A DNA stretch of 64,000 bases from Thermodesulfobacteriota bacterium (GCA_965198945.1 CBDAQI010000013.1:96001-160000); one strand, 5' to 3'. Counted from the stretch's first letter, positions 48,849-58,890 are shown. The notes: generated by a model from the letters alone, not told the origin. Program-made: numbers and translations.

Positions 48849-51125
48849 CTGCTTAAAAGAATTTTCCTTGTTTTCTGGTTCACAGTCTTTTGCGCCATAA
48901 CCGCATTTTCATTTGACCTGAAATTTGACAGTGATCGGTGGCTTTCCCCCGACCATCCCATTGAAAAACAGATTGAATATCTGGATGAAGAGTTTGAGAA
49001 GGGAGAGACTCTGTTTCTTATTGTTCCGCTGGAGAAAAACTTTTTTTCCATTCCTGATATTTTCCCTTCCATTGAATCTTTTGAAAAACGACTTTCCGGC
49101 CTTCCGGGAGTCATAAAATCCGTCTCGCCGCTTTCCGCAAAAACAGCCGTTCAGAAAGACGGAACTCTTCAAATACGCAGTTTTTCAAGCGCCCTTCAAA
49201 CCGGCGCCATAACAGACATCAGACAATTTCAGAAACTTTTCGCCTCAAGCCCGTATGAGGGAAAACTTCTTTCCGGAGACGGCAAAACAATGGCAATACA
49301 GATGAAAGTTGACACACGAAGCCATGCGGAGCGGAGAAACAAATTAGTTGAAAGCATTGAAGAGAAAATTGGAAAATCGCCCTTCCCTTCGGTTCTTCTG
49401 GCAGGAGACGCAGCTCTGAAAGCCGAGATAAACCGTAATGTCAGAAACGAAATTTTTCCGCTTCTTGCCGCGGGCGCCTGTGTAATAGCGGTTTTTCTTA
49501 TTGTTTTTATACGCAGCATTTTTCAAGTTGTGGTTCTGATGTCATGCCTTATGGTTGCGACATTGCAGTCTATGGCAACGATTAATTTTCTCGGACATGC
49601 GCTTACGCCCGTAAGCCTCTCTCTGCCCCTTATGGTGGCGATAATCGTGATTGCGGACGGGCTGCATATTTTTTCAATATGGGACGGGGAAACCGCAGCC
49701 GGCAGCCTAAACCCTTTGCGTTCAACAATTGGGAAAACATGGCTTCCGTGCCTAATAACCAGTTTGACAAGCGCCGTCGGTTTCGGCGCTTTCTCAATAA
49801 GCGAAATTGTTCCCGTAAGCAATTTCGGAATAGACTCTATCGTTGCCATTTCCGTTTGTTATCCTCTTCTTGTTTCAACCGTGTGGGGGGCTTTGTGGAT
49901 TTTTCCCGCGGCCATGCTGCGGAAACCATCAAAAGGCGGCAGGAGAATCACATCAACTACACTGCGTTTTTCTTCAAAATTCTCGAGACGACCGGAAAAA
50001 ACCGCTTTGGTATTTACGATTTTTTCATTGCTGTTGGGTTTATCGCTTTTCTACGCGGAGACGGAGACAAATTTTCTGAATGTTCTGTTCAAAAAATCAA
50101 GCCGCATATCGGAAGCCTTCGGTGAGGCTGACCGGAAGCTGGGAGGTTCCGGCTCGCTTGAAGTTGTTATTGACGGCAAAAACCCCGATTTTTTTCGCGG
50201 GATTAAAAATTTCAACCGCTTGAAAAAACTTGTCGGGAGCATGAACTCAAACTCTCTCGTCAATGATTCGGATACATAACTGTCCCCTGTTGGCATAGTT
50301 CACCGCCCTCTTGCGGAAACTGAAGACTCCGTTTTACCGGTCAGCACAGAAGAACTCGCTCAGGAACTTTTCTTTCTTGAACTTTCGCGTGGAGAGCGCG
50401 AGAAAGACCTTTTAAGCCCTTATCTCAATTTTGATTTTTCAATGGCTCGGATGGAGGTGCAAACTCCAAATCTTGGTTCTTCAAGTCTCAGTTCTCTTAT
50501 TGATTTGGCCCGCGAACGGTCATCAGAAATTTTCCCTGACGTGCGTATTGTTGTTACCGGGTCCAGCGCATATATACACAGCTTGAGCAGTTATGTGATT
50601 TCAATCCAAATAAGGAGTTTTGGATTGACTCTGGGAATTATAGCGCTTTTTTTCATTTTGATTTTTGGAGCCCGTCTCGGCATGGCCGGGTTTATTTCAA
50701 ATCTGTTTCCCGTTCTTATTTCAAGCGGGTCAATGTCTTTGCTTGGAGTGCCTTTTGATTTTGCCACCATTCTGGTTGCGGGAGTCACACTGGGTTTGAG
50801 CTTGGATGATTCCGTGCATTTTCTTCACCATTACAAAATGAACATGAAAGAATTTCCAAAAGCCCGGGACTGTGCGCAAAAAAGCCTTTCTATTGTCACA
50901 AGACCCATTGTTCTCACGAGTCTGCTTTTTTGCGCCGCTCTGTTGGTTTTATGTTTTTCAAACCTTGTTGTGATGGTTAAGTTTGCGATTTTTACAATCG
51001 CCGGTCTTTCGGCCGCTATGTTGTCAGCTGTTATTTTTCTTCCCGCGTTCGTGGAAATTTTCTGCCGCAAGTCGGGAAAAACGGCTTCTGCTGAGGTTAA
51101 TTCCCGTCCCGGCACTCACGGTTGA
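48849..51125 (+). pseudogene. MMPL/RND-family transporter with an in-frame TAA at 50277-50279
   Basis: IVIADGLHI, PCLITSLTSAVGFG, second repeat GLSLDDSVHF..PIVLTS. ORFs 48789 and 50442 share a frame with 54 sense codons between them. Start uncertain (CTG 48849 follows GGAG). Confidence 0.82.
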
Positions 51126-51405
51126 TTCTGTCGGCGCCCATTTTTGCATCAATCATAGCAAACACCGTCAGCAGCAGCCCGGCGAGCATATAGCCCCAGA
51201 AAATGTTTTTATCATTCCCGGAAATCTGTTTTTCCATGGCTTGCCTGAGAAGATCTCTGTTCAGAAAGCCGATGAGAAAGTTTAACCCCAAAAGCAGAAA
51301 TCCTCTGATGAAAAACTCATTGTATATATGGCCGATCCCAGGAACTATCGCGGAAAGTATCAGGGCAAGCCACGGTTTTTTCTTTCTTGCTTTTATCGGT
51401 TCCAT
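51097..51405 (-). CDS. Small membrane protein
   Basis: KKPWLALILSAIVPGIGHIY motif; 2-3 TMs; overlaps the trpC stop. Confidence 0.7.
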   Translation of the reverse strand: MEPIKARKKKPWLALILSAIVPGIGHIYNEFFIRGFLLLGLNFLIGFLNRDLLRQAMEKQISGNDKNIFWGYMLAGLLLTVFAMIDAKMGADRINRECRDGN

Positions 51406-52190
51406 CCCCCACTTATTGCGGACAGTGATTCGCCCGGATTTGAAGACTTCATTAAAACTTCTCCTATAAGAAATGCATGGACGCCTGATTGCGATAAAAA
51501 ATGCATGTTTTCAGAGGAGTTTATGCCGCTTTCCGCAACTATCACTTTATCTTTGCCGATTTTCGGCGCCAGTCTTTGAGAAACGGATAAATCCACCTTG
51601 AAGTTTTCCAGATTTCTGTTGTTGATACCAATAATACGGCTCCCGGCTTCCAGGGCCATTTCAACTTCCGCTTCCTTGTGAACTTCAACCAGAGGCTCCA
51701 TTCCCAGAGAGCGTGAAAGCCCGAGCAGCTCCGACAGTTGGTTCACACCTTCCATGATTGCCGCTATCAACAGAACAGTGTCCGCTCCCGCGGCCCTTGA
51801 TTCGTATACCTGCCACTGATCAATCAAAAAATCTTTTCTGAGCACGGGAAGTGAAATTTTCTTTTTTACCCCGGAAAGATAAGACAGGTTTCCCTGAAAA
51901 AATCTCTCATCAGTGAGCACGGAAACCGCCGCCGCTCCATTTTGCTGATATTGTGCGGCAATCAGGAGCGGGTCAAAATTTTCTGTCAATACGCCTTTTG
52001 AAGGAGATGCTTTCTTTATCTCCGCTATAACTCTGGGCTGCTTTCCGGTAATGAGTGCGGAAACAAAGTCCGCCGGCTGAGGAGATTGCATTGCAAGGTT
52101 TTTTATTTCATTGGAGCTGAAACGTTTTTTCAAACCGGCAATCTCAAGTTTTTTGTGATTGATAATTTTTGAAAGTATTGATTTTCCCAA
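51393..52190 (-). CDS. trpC: Indole-3-glycerol phosphate synthase
   Basis: IAEIKKASPSKG, SVLTD, LRKDF, LVEVH, GINNRNL, AESGI, LIGE. Confidence 0.96.
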   Translation of the reverse strand: MGKSILSKIINHKKLEIAGLKKRFSSNEIKNLAMQSPQPADFVSALITGKQPRVIAEIKKASPSKGVLTENFDPLLIAAQYQQNGAAAVSVLTDERFFQGNLSYLSGVKKKISLPVLRKDFLIDQWQVYESRAAGADTVLLIAAIMEGVNQLSELLGLSRSLGMEPLVEVHKEAEVEMALEAGSRIIGINNRNLENFKVDLSVSQRLAPKIGKDKVIVAESGINSSENMHFLSQSGVHAFLIGEVLMKSSNPGESLSAISGGWNR

Positions 52191-52194
52191 AAGA

Positions 52195-53229
52195 CTACGC
52201 CTGCCCGGAGTTTGTTGAAACCTCAACGAGTTTTTCAAGTTTGGAAACTGCGGCGCCGCTCTCAAGAGATTTTTTCGCCGCCTCAAGCGCCGCACCTATG
52301 CTGTTTTCCCGTCCAGAAACATATATGGCGGCCGCAGCGTTCAACAGAGCGGCATCGGTTTTTCCCCTGTCCGAAACGTTTTCAAGAACCGCCCTCATGA
52401 TCGCGGCATTTTCAAATGAGTCTTTCCCGCCTCTCAGTTCTTCCGGATGAGTTATTGCAATTCCAAATTGCGCAGGATCAATCAGATATTTTTCAACCAT
52501 CCCGTCTTTCAGTTCCATAACCCCGGTTTTTCCCGTCACAGTGATTTCGTCCATCCCGTCTTTACCGTTTACAACCATACACCTTAACAGACCGAGACCC
52601 TTTGCCGCATAAACCACTTTCTCCATTATCTCCGTGAAGGGAACACCGATGACCTGATTTTTTACAAGGGCGGGGTTGACCAGAGGGCCTAAAATATTGA
52701 ACACCGTTCTGATTCCCATTTCTTTTCGGGTTTGTGCGACATTTTTCATTGAGGGGTGGAACAGGGGCGCAAAAAGAAAGGTTATTCCGGTTTCTTCAAG
52801 ACAACGTTCGGCGGTCTTCAAATCCATATCAATTTTTACTCCGGCGGCTTCCAGGACATCAGCGCTTCCCACCGGGCTTGAAACCGAACGGTTGCCGTGT
52901 TTTGCGACCGCCACCCCGGCTCCGGCCGCTATGAAAGAAGCCGTAGTGGATATGTTGAAAGTGCCTTTTGAGTCGCCTCCCGTTCCGCAAAGATCAACCG
53001 TGTTTTCAGACTTTTTCCGTATTGTCGCCGCTCGGGAGATCATTGCTTCGGCGGCGCCGGCAATCTCTTCGGGCGTTTCCTTTTTCATTCTCAGCGCGAC
53101 GAGCAACGCCGCGCTTTGTGCGGGAGCCAGTTCCCCATCCATTATGGAGCGGAATACCGAAGAAACTGTTTTTCTGTCAAGGCTGCCGCCGCCTATAAGA
53201 GTTTCCATTACATCTGATATTTCAGGCAT
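52195..53229 (-). CDS. trpD: Anthranilate phosphoribosyltransferase
   Basis: DLCGTGGD..TFNIST, KHGNRSVSS..GSADVLE, RTVFNILGPLVNP, DGMDE. Confidence 0.96.
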   Translation of the reverse strand: MPEISDVMETLIGGGSLDRKTVSSVFRSIMDGELAPAQSAALLVALRMKKETPEEIAGAAEAMISRAATIRKKSENTVDLCGTGGDSKGTFNISTTASFIAAGAGVAVAKHGNRSVSSPVGSADVLEAAGVKIDMDLKTAERCLEETGITFLFAPLFHPSMKNVAQTRKEMGIRTVFNILGPLVNPALVKNQVIGVPFTEIMEKVVYAAKGLGLLRCMVVNGKDGMDEITVTGKTGVMELKDGMVEKYLIDPAQFGIAITHPEELRGGKDSFENAAIMRAVLENVSDRGKTDAALLNAAAAIYVSGRENSIGAALEAAKKSLESGAAVSKLEKLVEVSTNSGQA

Positions 53230-53668
53230 TAAAGGTTTCTCTTTCAGTCCGGATTTTGTCCAGAACACCGTTTATAAAAGACATTGACTTTCCGGTTCCG
53301 TATTTGCCGGCAATCTCCACCGCCTCATTTATGCTGACCGCCCTGTCTATTTCTCTAATATAAAGCAATTCATAGACTGCGACGCGCATTATATTGATAT
53401 CCACAAGCGACATTCGTGAAATTTTCCAGTTTTCAGAGCAATGTTCTATCCGGGAGTCTATTTCCCTGATATTTTTACAGACTCCCAGAGCGAGTTCCAC
53501 CGCAAATTCTTTGTCAGGCTGTTTTTCTTCGGCGGATATTTCTTTGAATCTTACAAAGTCTTCTTCTCTGATTTGAGCATCTGAACTTTTGCTCAGAAGG
53601 CCGTTTGCGTCATGTTCATAAAGAAACTGAAAGGCAAACTCTCTGGAAAGCCGTCGTCTTGTTTTCAT
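53222..53668 (-). CDS. nusB: Transcription antitermination factor NusB
   Basis: RRRLSREFAFQFLYE, WKISRMSLVD..IMR, INEAVEIAGKYG..FINGVLD; follows ribH. Confidence 0.95.
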   Translation of the reverse strand: MKTRRRLSREFAFQFLYEHDANGLLSKSSDAQIREEDFVRFKEISAEEKQPDKEFAVELALGVCKNIREIDSRIEHCSENWKISRMSLVDINIMRVAVYELLYIREIDRAVSINEAVEIAGKYGTGKSMSFINGVLDKIRTERETFNA

Positions 53669-53690
53669 CTTTTTCCCGCAGGGGTGGAAA

Positions 53691-54170
53691 TTACAGGGAC
53701 TTGGCCAGATTCGCCATCTCAATTGCGGAGAGAGCCGCTTCCACTCCCCTGTTCCCCGCTTTGCCTCCGGCTCTTTCAATTGCCTGCTCAAAGGTTTCGG
53801 TTGTGAGGACACCGTCGGCAACGGGAACTCCCGATTCAAGTCCGGCCGAAGAGAGCCCGGTTAAAACACTTGCGGACAGAAAACCGTAGTTTGATGTCTG
53901 GCCTTTTATTATGGCACCGAGAGCTATCACCGCAGAGTATTTTCCGGATTCCGCGGCTTTTTTTACCATGAAGGGAATTTCAAAAGAACCGGGAACTTTT
54001 ATAACGATTACCTCTGCATCCGTGGCTCCGTGTCTTTTGAGTGTGTCAACCGCACTGTCAACCAGAGAGTTGGTTACAATGGAATTGACTCTGCTTGCAA
54101 CTATGGCGAATTTCATTTTCTTCGCGTCCATTTTTCCTTCCTTTTGTTCAGTCATTGCGGTGTCCGCCAA
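53691..54170 (-). CDS. ribH: 6,7-dimethyl-8-ribityllumazine synthase
   Basis: VPGSFEIP, ALGAIIKGQT, GVLTT..QAIERAGGKAGNRG..AA..AIEM; start could instead be ATG 54155. Confidence 0.95.
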   Translation of the reverse strand: MADTAMTEQKEGKMDAKKMKFAIVASRVNSIVTNSLVDSAVDTLKRHGATDAEVIVIKVPGSFEIPFMVKKAAESGKYSAVIALGAIIKGQTSNYGFLSASVLTGLSSAGLESGVPVADGVLTTETFEQAIERAGGKAGNRGVEAALSAIEMANLAKSL

Positions 54171-54178
54171 ATAGATTT

Positions 54179-55396
54179 TCAGTCAACCATTGAAAGTATG
54201 TGACCGAGTTTCTCTTTTTTTGTCTGCAGGTAACTCTTGTTGTTTTCATTCGGAGATATTTCTATCGGCACTCTTTCTCCTATTTCCAGCCCGAACCCGC
54301 TGAGACCGCTGACTTTTCTCGGATTGTTTGTCATAAGATTCATTTTTTTCACACCCATGTCGCGCAATATCTGGGCTCCGATGCCATAGTCTCTCAAATC
54401 TTTTTCAAATCCGAGCGCGTGATTTGCTTCCACGGTGTCCATTCCCTTGCTTTGAAGTTCATATGCTTTGATTTTATTAAGCAGTCCTATGCCTCGTCCC
54501 TCCTGTCTCAGATAGAGAATAACGCCCTCACCTTTTTCCGCCACCATTTTCATCGCTTGTCTTAACTGGGGGCCGCAATCGCAGCGCAGCGAGTGGAAAA
54601 CATCGCTCGTAAGGCACTCGGAGTGCACACGAACAAGTGTTTCCTTTGATCTTTCTATATCCCCCATTTTTATTGCAAAGTGCTGAAAACCGTCCAGTTC
54701 ATTGACATAAACAAAAGCGTCAAAGTTCCCGAATTCTGTTGGTATCATCGCGGAGGCTTCCTTTTTAACAAAACACTCTTTCTGCAGCCTGTAGCTTATA
54801 AGGTCCGCTATTGTGGCCATTCCTATTTCGTGTTTGCGTGAAAACTCAACAAGTTCTTCCATCCTTGCCATATGCCCGTCACTTCTCATTATCTCGCAGA
54901 TAACGGCAGAAGTTTTAAGACCGGCGAGCCGTGTTAGGTCAACCGAGGCTTCTGTATGACCGGCTCTGACCAACACGCCGCCTTCTCTGGCAATAAGCGG
55001 AAACATATGTCCCGGTCTTATGAAATCGGACGGCTTGGCATCTTCGGCAACCACACGTTGGATGGTTTTTGCTCTGTCATATGCGGAAATTCCGGTTGTA
55101 ATATCTTCCCCTTTGGCGTCTATTGTAACCGCGAAAGCGGTGTGCTGTGAGCCGCTGTTTGCATTTTCAGGCTCCATGAGTTTCAATCCAATTTGCCGGG
55201 CTTTTTCATCCGTCAAAGCAAGGCAGATAAGTCCTTTGCCGTGTGTTGCCATAAAGTTGATGGATTCGGGAGAGGCAAATTCTCCGGCAATTACAAGGTC
55301 TCCCTCATTTTCCCGGTCCTTATCATCCACCAGAATCAGAAACTTTCCGGCTTTTATATCTTCAATGGCTTCCGGTATGGATCTTAAAAATGACAT
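54179..55396 (-). CDS. ribBA: Bifunctional DHBP synthase / GTP cyclohydrolase II
   Basis: DDKDRENEGD, RPGHMFPL, RAGHTEA, VRVHSECLT..RCDCG, QEGRGIGL..K, TNNPRK. Confidence 0.97.
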   Translation of the reverse strand: MSFLRSIPEAIEDIKAGKFLILVDDKDRENEGDLVIAGEFASPESINFMATHGKGLICLALTDEKARQIGLKLMEPENANSGSQHTAFAVTIDAKGEDITTGISAYDRAKTIQRVVAEDAKPSDFIRPGHMFPLIAREGGVLVRAGHTEASVDLTRLAGLKTSAVICEIMRSDGHMARMEELVEFSRKHEIGMATIADLISYRLQKECFVKKEASAMIPTEFGNFDAFVYVNELDGFQHFAIKMGDIERSKETLVRVHSECLTSDVFHSLRCDCGPQLRQAMKMVAEKGEGVILYLRQEGRGIGLLNKIKAYELQSKGMDTVEANHALGFEKDLRDYGIGAQILRDMGVKKMNLMTNNPRKVSGLSGFGLEIGERVPIEISPNENNKSYLQTKKEKLGHILSMVD

Positions 55397-55541
55397 TTTT
55401 CTCCCGCTCCCAGGCGTGTGCTTATATTGTCTTATAGGGAGCATTTGTCAATAATTGGACCTCTGCGGAGACCCGTTTGACTTTGTGTTTATCGTGTGTA
55501 GTTTTCCGTTAACTCAAAGGGTTTGAGGAAGCGGAGGAAAG

Positions 55542-55700
55542 ATGTCTTTGTTTTTCAGTTTGCTGAGAATTCTTGCCGAGGAAAACCTTGAAGAAATTGA
55601 TGAAGAAGAAATCCTTGAAATGCTTGAGAACGAGGATTGGGAAGAGATAGAAGAATTTATTGAGCGGGAAGCGGAACTGTCCTCAAGAGTTCTGCACTGA
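55542..55700 (+). CDS. 52-aa highly acidic small protein (not in ORF track)
   Basis: MSLFFSLLRILAEENLEEIDEEEILEMLENEDWEEIEEFIEREAELSSRVLH*; GGAGG at 55533-55537; TTGACT-N16-TAGTTT upstream. Confidence 0.7.
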   Translation: MSLFFSLLRILAEENLEEIDEEEILEMLENEDWEEIEEFIEREAELSSRVLH

Positions 55701-55793
55701 CTTCTCCGCTCTTTTGCAGTTTTGCCTGCAAAACCAAGGCGGGCGTATCTTTCTTTCAAAATTTTCAACTTCAAATTAATTAGGGGCGGTGAA

Positions 55794-55877
55794 TGCCCGG
55801 GGCCGGATTTGAACCGGCACGGGTTTTATCCCGAGGGATTTTAAGTCCCTTGCGTCTACCAATTTCGCCACCCGGGC
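55794..55877 (-). tRNA. tRNA-Leu (TAA)
   Basis: GCCCGGGTGGCGAAATTGGTAGACGCAAGGGACTTAAAATCCCTCGGGATAAAACCCGTGCCGGTTCAAATCCGGCCCCGGGCA; long variable arm. Confidence 0.96.
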
Positions 55878-55898
55878 GAGGTTGTCTGATTCATTAAA

Positions 55899-55970
55899 AG
55901 GCGGCGCCCGGAATCGAACCGGGGTATAACGGTTTTGCAGACCGTTGCCTTACCTCTTGGCTACGCCGCC
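55899..55970 (-). tRNA. tRNA-Cys (GCA)
   Basis: GGCGGCGTAGCCAAGAGGTAAGGCAACGGTCTGCAAAACCGTTATACCCCGGTTCGATTCCGGGCGCCGCCT; U discriminator. Confidence 0.96.
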
Positions 55971-56023
55971 ATATCTCAAAACCACATTAGTATCTCTCAA
56001 ACAGACCGTATTGCAAAAAACAC

Positions 56024-56726
56024 TTAAAAATGCAGAGTTGTTTCCATCACAGCTTTGCCGCCTATTTTAACAATTTCTCCGTCAACTTTTGTGTGCACCA
56101 CCCCCCCTCTTTGAGAAAGCTGCAGACCCTTCATTTATGCCCACCCGCGGAGTAAAAAATCTTGAGACAAAGTCGTATCCGGCCGTTTGTGAGGAGCTTG
56201 TTACAATAATGCCTCTGCAATCCAGATTTTTGAGTTTTTCAAAATCGGGATTCAATTCGGCGACGGCTTTTTCGTTTCTCAGCTCAACCATGTAGTCAAA
56301 ACGGTTTCTGCCCGTATGGACGATCTCGGTCTCAAGTATTTCTTCAATATCCGGAACCGGGCTGCAGGGTTCTTCCGCAATCGCGGGAAAATCCATGAAG
56401 ATAATCTCAGATTCTTTTTCTTTGGCGGCGATGAGTTCATAGTCGGCCGAAACAAACCGGATCGTCGGTTCGGAGCGGCCGCCGAGCCATATTGAAAATG
56501 CCGCCGCAAGAGTTGCGTGGCCGCACAGAGCAACTTCCGTTTCCGGAGTCCACCATCTGATAAAAAACATCTTCATTTTTTTGAACAAAGGATGTTTCTG
56601 AAAAACCGGCTTTGGCGGCGATTTTTTCATTTCCGAATCGGGCGGAAACGAGTCAACAAAACATATACCCGCCGGGTTTCCGGAAAATCCGTCTTCCGCG
56701 AAAGCGTTTACAACAAGAATTTCCAT
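56024..56726 (-). pseudogene. PhzF-family isomerase pseudogene
   Basis: VNAF..FSGNPAG, EVALCGHATLA, MDFP, DFVSRFF. The segment IAAKAGFSETSFV is shifted out of frame; the EDPVTGS region is missing; the C-terminus (LQLSQRGG..VKIGGKAVMETTLHF*) lies in another frame. Confidence 0.85.
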
Positions 56727-56748
56727 TTTTTGTCGCTCTGAGATTATT

Positions 56749-57951
56749 TCAGTTGCGGGAAGAATCCGCTTTGCTGTCCTGAAGCGTTTTAACCGCCCGT
56801 GTTATTCCCCCGATTGTAAGGGGAAACATTCTTTCACCCGTAAATTGTCTGATCATTCCTATTGTCTGAGTGTCACGCCATTCATTTTCCGGAACGGGAT
56901 TGAGCCACACTGTCATCGGATATTTGTTTTTTATACGTTCAAGCCAGGTAAAGCCGGGTTCATCGTTGTTGTGTTCCACGCTTCCGTTCACATACAAAAG
57001 CTCGTAGGGAGACATTGAGGCGTCTCCGACGATAATCACTTTATAGTCGCTGTTGTATTTGTTCAGAACATCAAAAGTGGGCACGGCTTCCTGCCAGCGG
57101 CGCTCGTTGTTTTTCCAGACCGCTTCATAAACGCAGTTGTGAAAGTAGTAGTATTCAAGGTGCTTAAACTCATACCGCGCCGCTGAAAACAGTTTTGAGC
57201 ACAGTTCAATGTGGTCATCCATTGAACCGCCTATGTCAAAAAAAATTAAAACCTTCACATTATTCTTTCTGTGCGGTACCATTTCAATATCAAGAAATCC
57301 GGCGTTGCGAGATGTTTTTTCTATTGTTCTGTCCAGATCAAGTTCTTCACTGCCTCCCTCGCGCGTCAGAACGCGGAGTTTGCGAAGCGCCATTTTCATA
57401 TTGCGTGTTTGCAGTTCCACGGAATCGTCAAGATCTTTGAATTCTCTTTTGTCCCAGACTTTAACCGCCCTTCTGTGTCTGCTCTCATGCTGTCCGATGC
57501 GTATTCCTTCGGGGTTGTATCCGTAAGCGCCGAAAGGCGAAGTTCCGCCGGTGCCAATCCATTCCCCCCCGCCCTGATGGCGTTTTTTCTGTTCTTTCAT
57601 AAGCTGCTTGAGGCGTTCAATAAGTTTGTCCAGCCCACCCATGGCTTTGATTTGCGCTTTTTCCTCTTCGGTTAAAGAGTTTTCCATGGTTTTTCGCAGC
57701 CATTCATCCGGGATGCTCATAAACTCCTTGTCATCAATGTATTCAATCCCTTTGAAGTAGTGTCCGAAAAGGCGGTCAAACCTGTCAAGGTTATGTTCGT
57801 GTTTTATAAAAGCGCTGCGGGAGAGATAGTAAAAATCGTCAACACCGCGCTCAACTATTCCGCTGTCCAGAGCGTCAAGAAGAGTAAGGTATTCCTTGAT
57901 TGAAACGGGAAGCCCGGAATTGCGTAGATAGAGGAAGAAGTCCAGAAACAT
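56749..57951 (-). CDS. vWA-domain protein (CoxE-like MoxR partner)
   Basis: HQGGGEWIGTGGTSPFG, DIGGSM (MIDAS-like), YFHNCVY, VGDASMSPYE, VWLNP. Confidence 0.9.
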   Translation of the reverse strand: MFLDFFLYLRNSGLPVSIKEYLTLLDALDSGIVERGVDDFYYLSRSAFIKHEHNLDRFDRLFGHYFKGIEYIDDKEFMSIPDEWLRKTMENSLTEEEKAQIKAMGGLDKLIERLKQLMKEQKKRHQGGGEWIGTGGTSPFGAYGYNPEGIRIGQHESRHRRAVKVWDKREFKDLDDSVELQTRNMKMALRKLRVLTREGGSEELDLDRTIEKTSRNAGFLDIEMVPHRKNNVKVLIFFDIGGSMDDHIELCSKLFSAARYEFKHLEYYYFHNCVYEAVWKNNERRWQEAVPTFDVLNKYNSDYKVIIVGDASMSPYELLYVNGSVEHNNDEPGFTWLERIKNKYPMTVWLNPVPENEWRDTQTIGMIRQFTGERMFPLTIGGITRAVKTLQDSKADSSRN

Positions 57952-58032
57952 TTGGGAAAAGTATAACCGAAGACCGCAAGTTGGTATTACGTTAAGGCAT
58001 TGTGAATTGACAGTACGGAGTTAAGATAAAAA

Positions 58033-58886
58033 TTAAGAGAACTGTTGGTATTCAAAATCAATTGATAAGTTTTTCTTAACAAAATCAATGAACTTTTTTT
58101 CTTCTTTTGTTGGAATGTCAGGTCCTACTATTATTAGTTTTATTGTTTTTTCAGAGTTCAAATCTTTGTTCCACGCATAACTTAGAAGTTGCCCAATTCC
58201 TTGTTTATACAACTGATTGGTCTGTCTATCTTGACTTCATAGAGAGTAACCCTTGTCTCTTCTTCAACTTTCACATCAATAAAGTCTTCTTCCATACTTA
58301 CCTTGTCTCTATGAATAGTCCTCAACTTATCGTAGAGTTTTTCTTGTAATTTGTTATGTTTCTGGTGAGCAATAACTTTCCTGCCAGAACTTTTTCTTAT
58401 CTGGTCTTCAGTTGATTTATGTTCCGAGGGGCTTCTTTTTGAACTTGGCTTTGCAGTTCCACTTCCTGTTTTATCTTCTGATTTTTCCGGTTTTTTATCT
58501 TCCACATACCAGACAACCCCCTTTTCTCCATCGTGTTTCTTCCTAAGAACCTTTTTGGTAAGAATAGAAGTAAAAAATTTTATTCTGGTTTTTCCATTAG
58601 TATTGTATTCTTTTTCGTCACGTTCTTGTGGAAATATTTTTAATGCGTAGCTTTCATTCTCAATTAATTTAATATTCTCACGAGATTCTTTCCATCTTGA
58701 TTTTGTCTTCCCTGTGTTCCAACTTTCAGCGAAAATTGTGTTGCCTTCATATTTCCATAAAGCAAAAATGACAAACCTTTTTTCATGACTAACGAAAGAC
58801 CATGCATACTGATCTTTAACTATTATCTCATTGTCTTCAATAAATTTCTTCCTACTACCGTATTTTCCTCTCGTGTCTTGAGCCAT
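58033..58886 (-). CDS. AT-rich putative PD-(D/E)xK endonuclease (one frameshift at ~58204-58206)
   Basis: ORF 58182..58886 ends FIDVKVEEETRVTLYEVKIDRPISCI. Adding one A continues as KQGIGQLLSYAW..KLIIVGPD..FEYQQFS* (TAA at 58033), giving 284 aa. Confidence 0.65.
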
Positions 58887-58890
58887 CTCC

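Noticed and set aside
48218..50279. Alternative genetic code (TAA read as sense)
   Set aside because: TAA ends cdsA, nfo, proA, dapA, purL and others at their expected C-termini.
55396..55540. FMN riboswitch upstream of ribBA
   Set aside because: The leader is too short and the conserved RFN motifs were not found.
55514..55774. Ser-rich 86-aa - strand ORF
   Set aside because: Mirror of the GAA-rich acidic ORF on the + strand, which has the RBS and promoter.
55700..55800. tRNA-Leu-anchored genomic island
   Set aside because: No integrase and no duplicated tRNA 3' end were seen near this or any other tRNA in the window.
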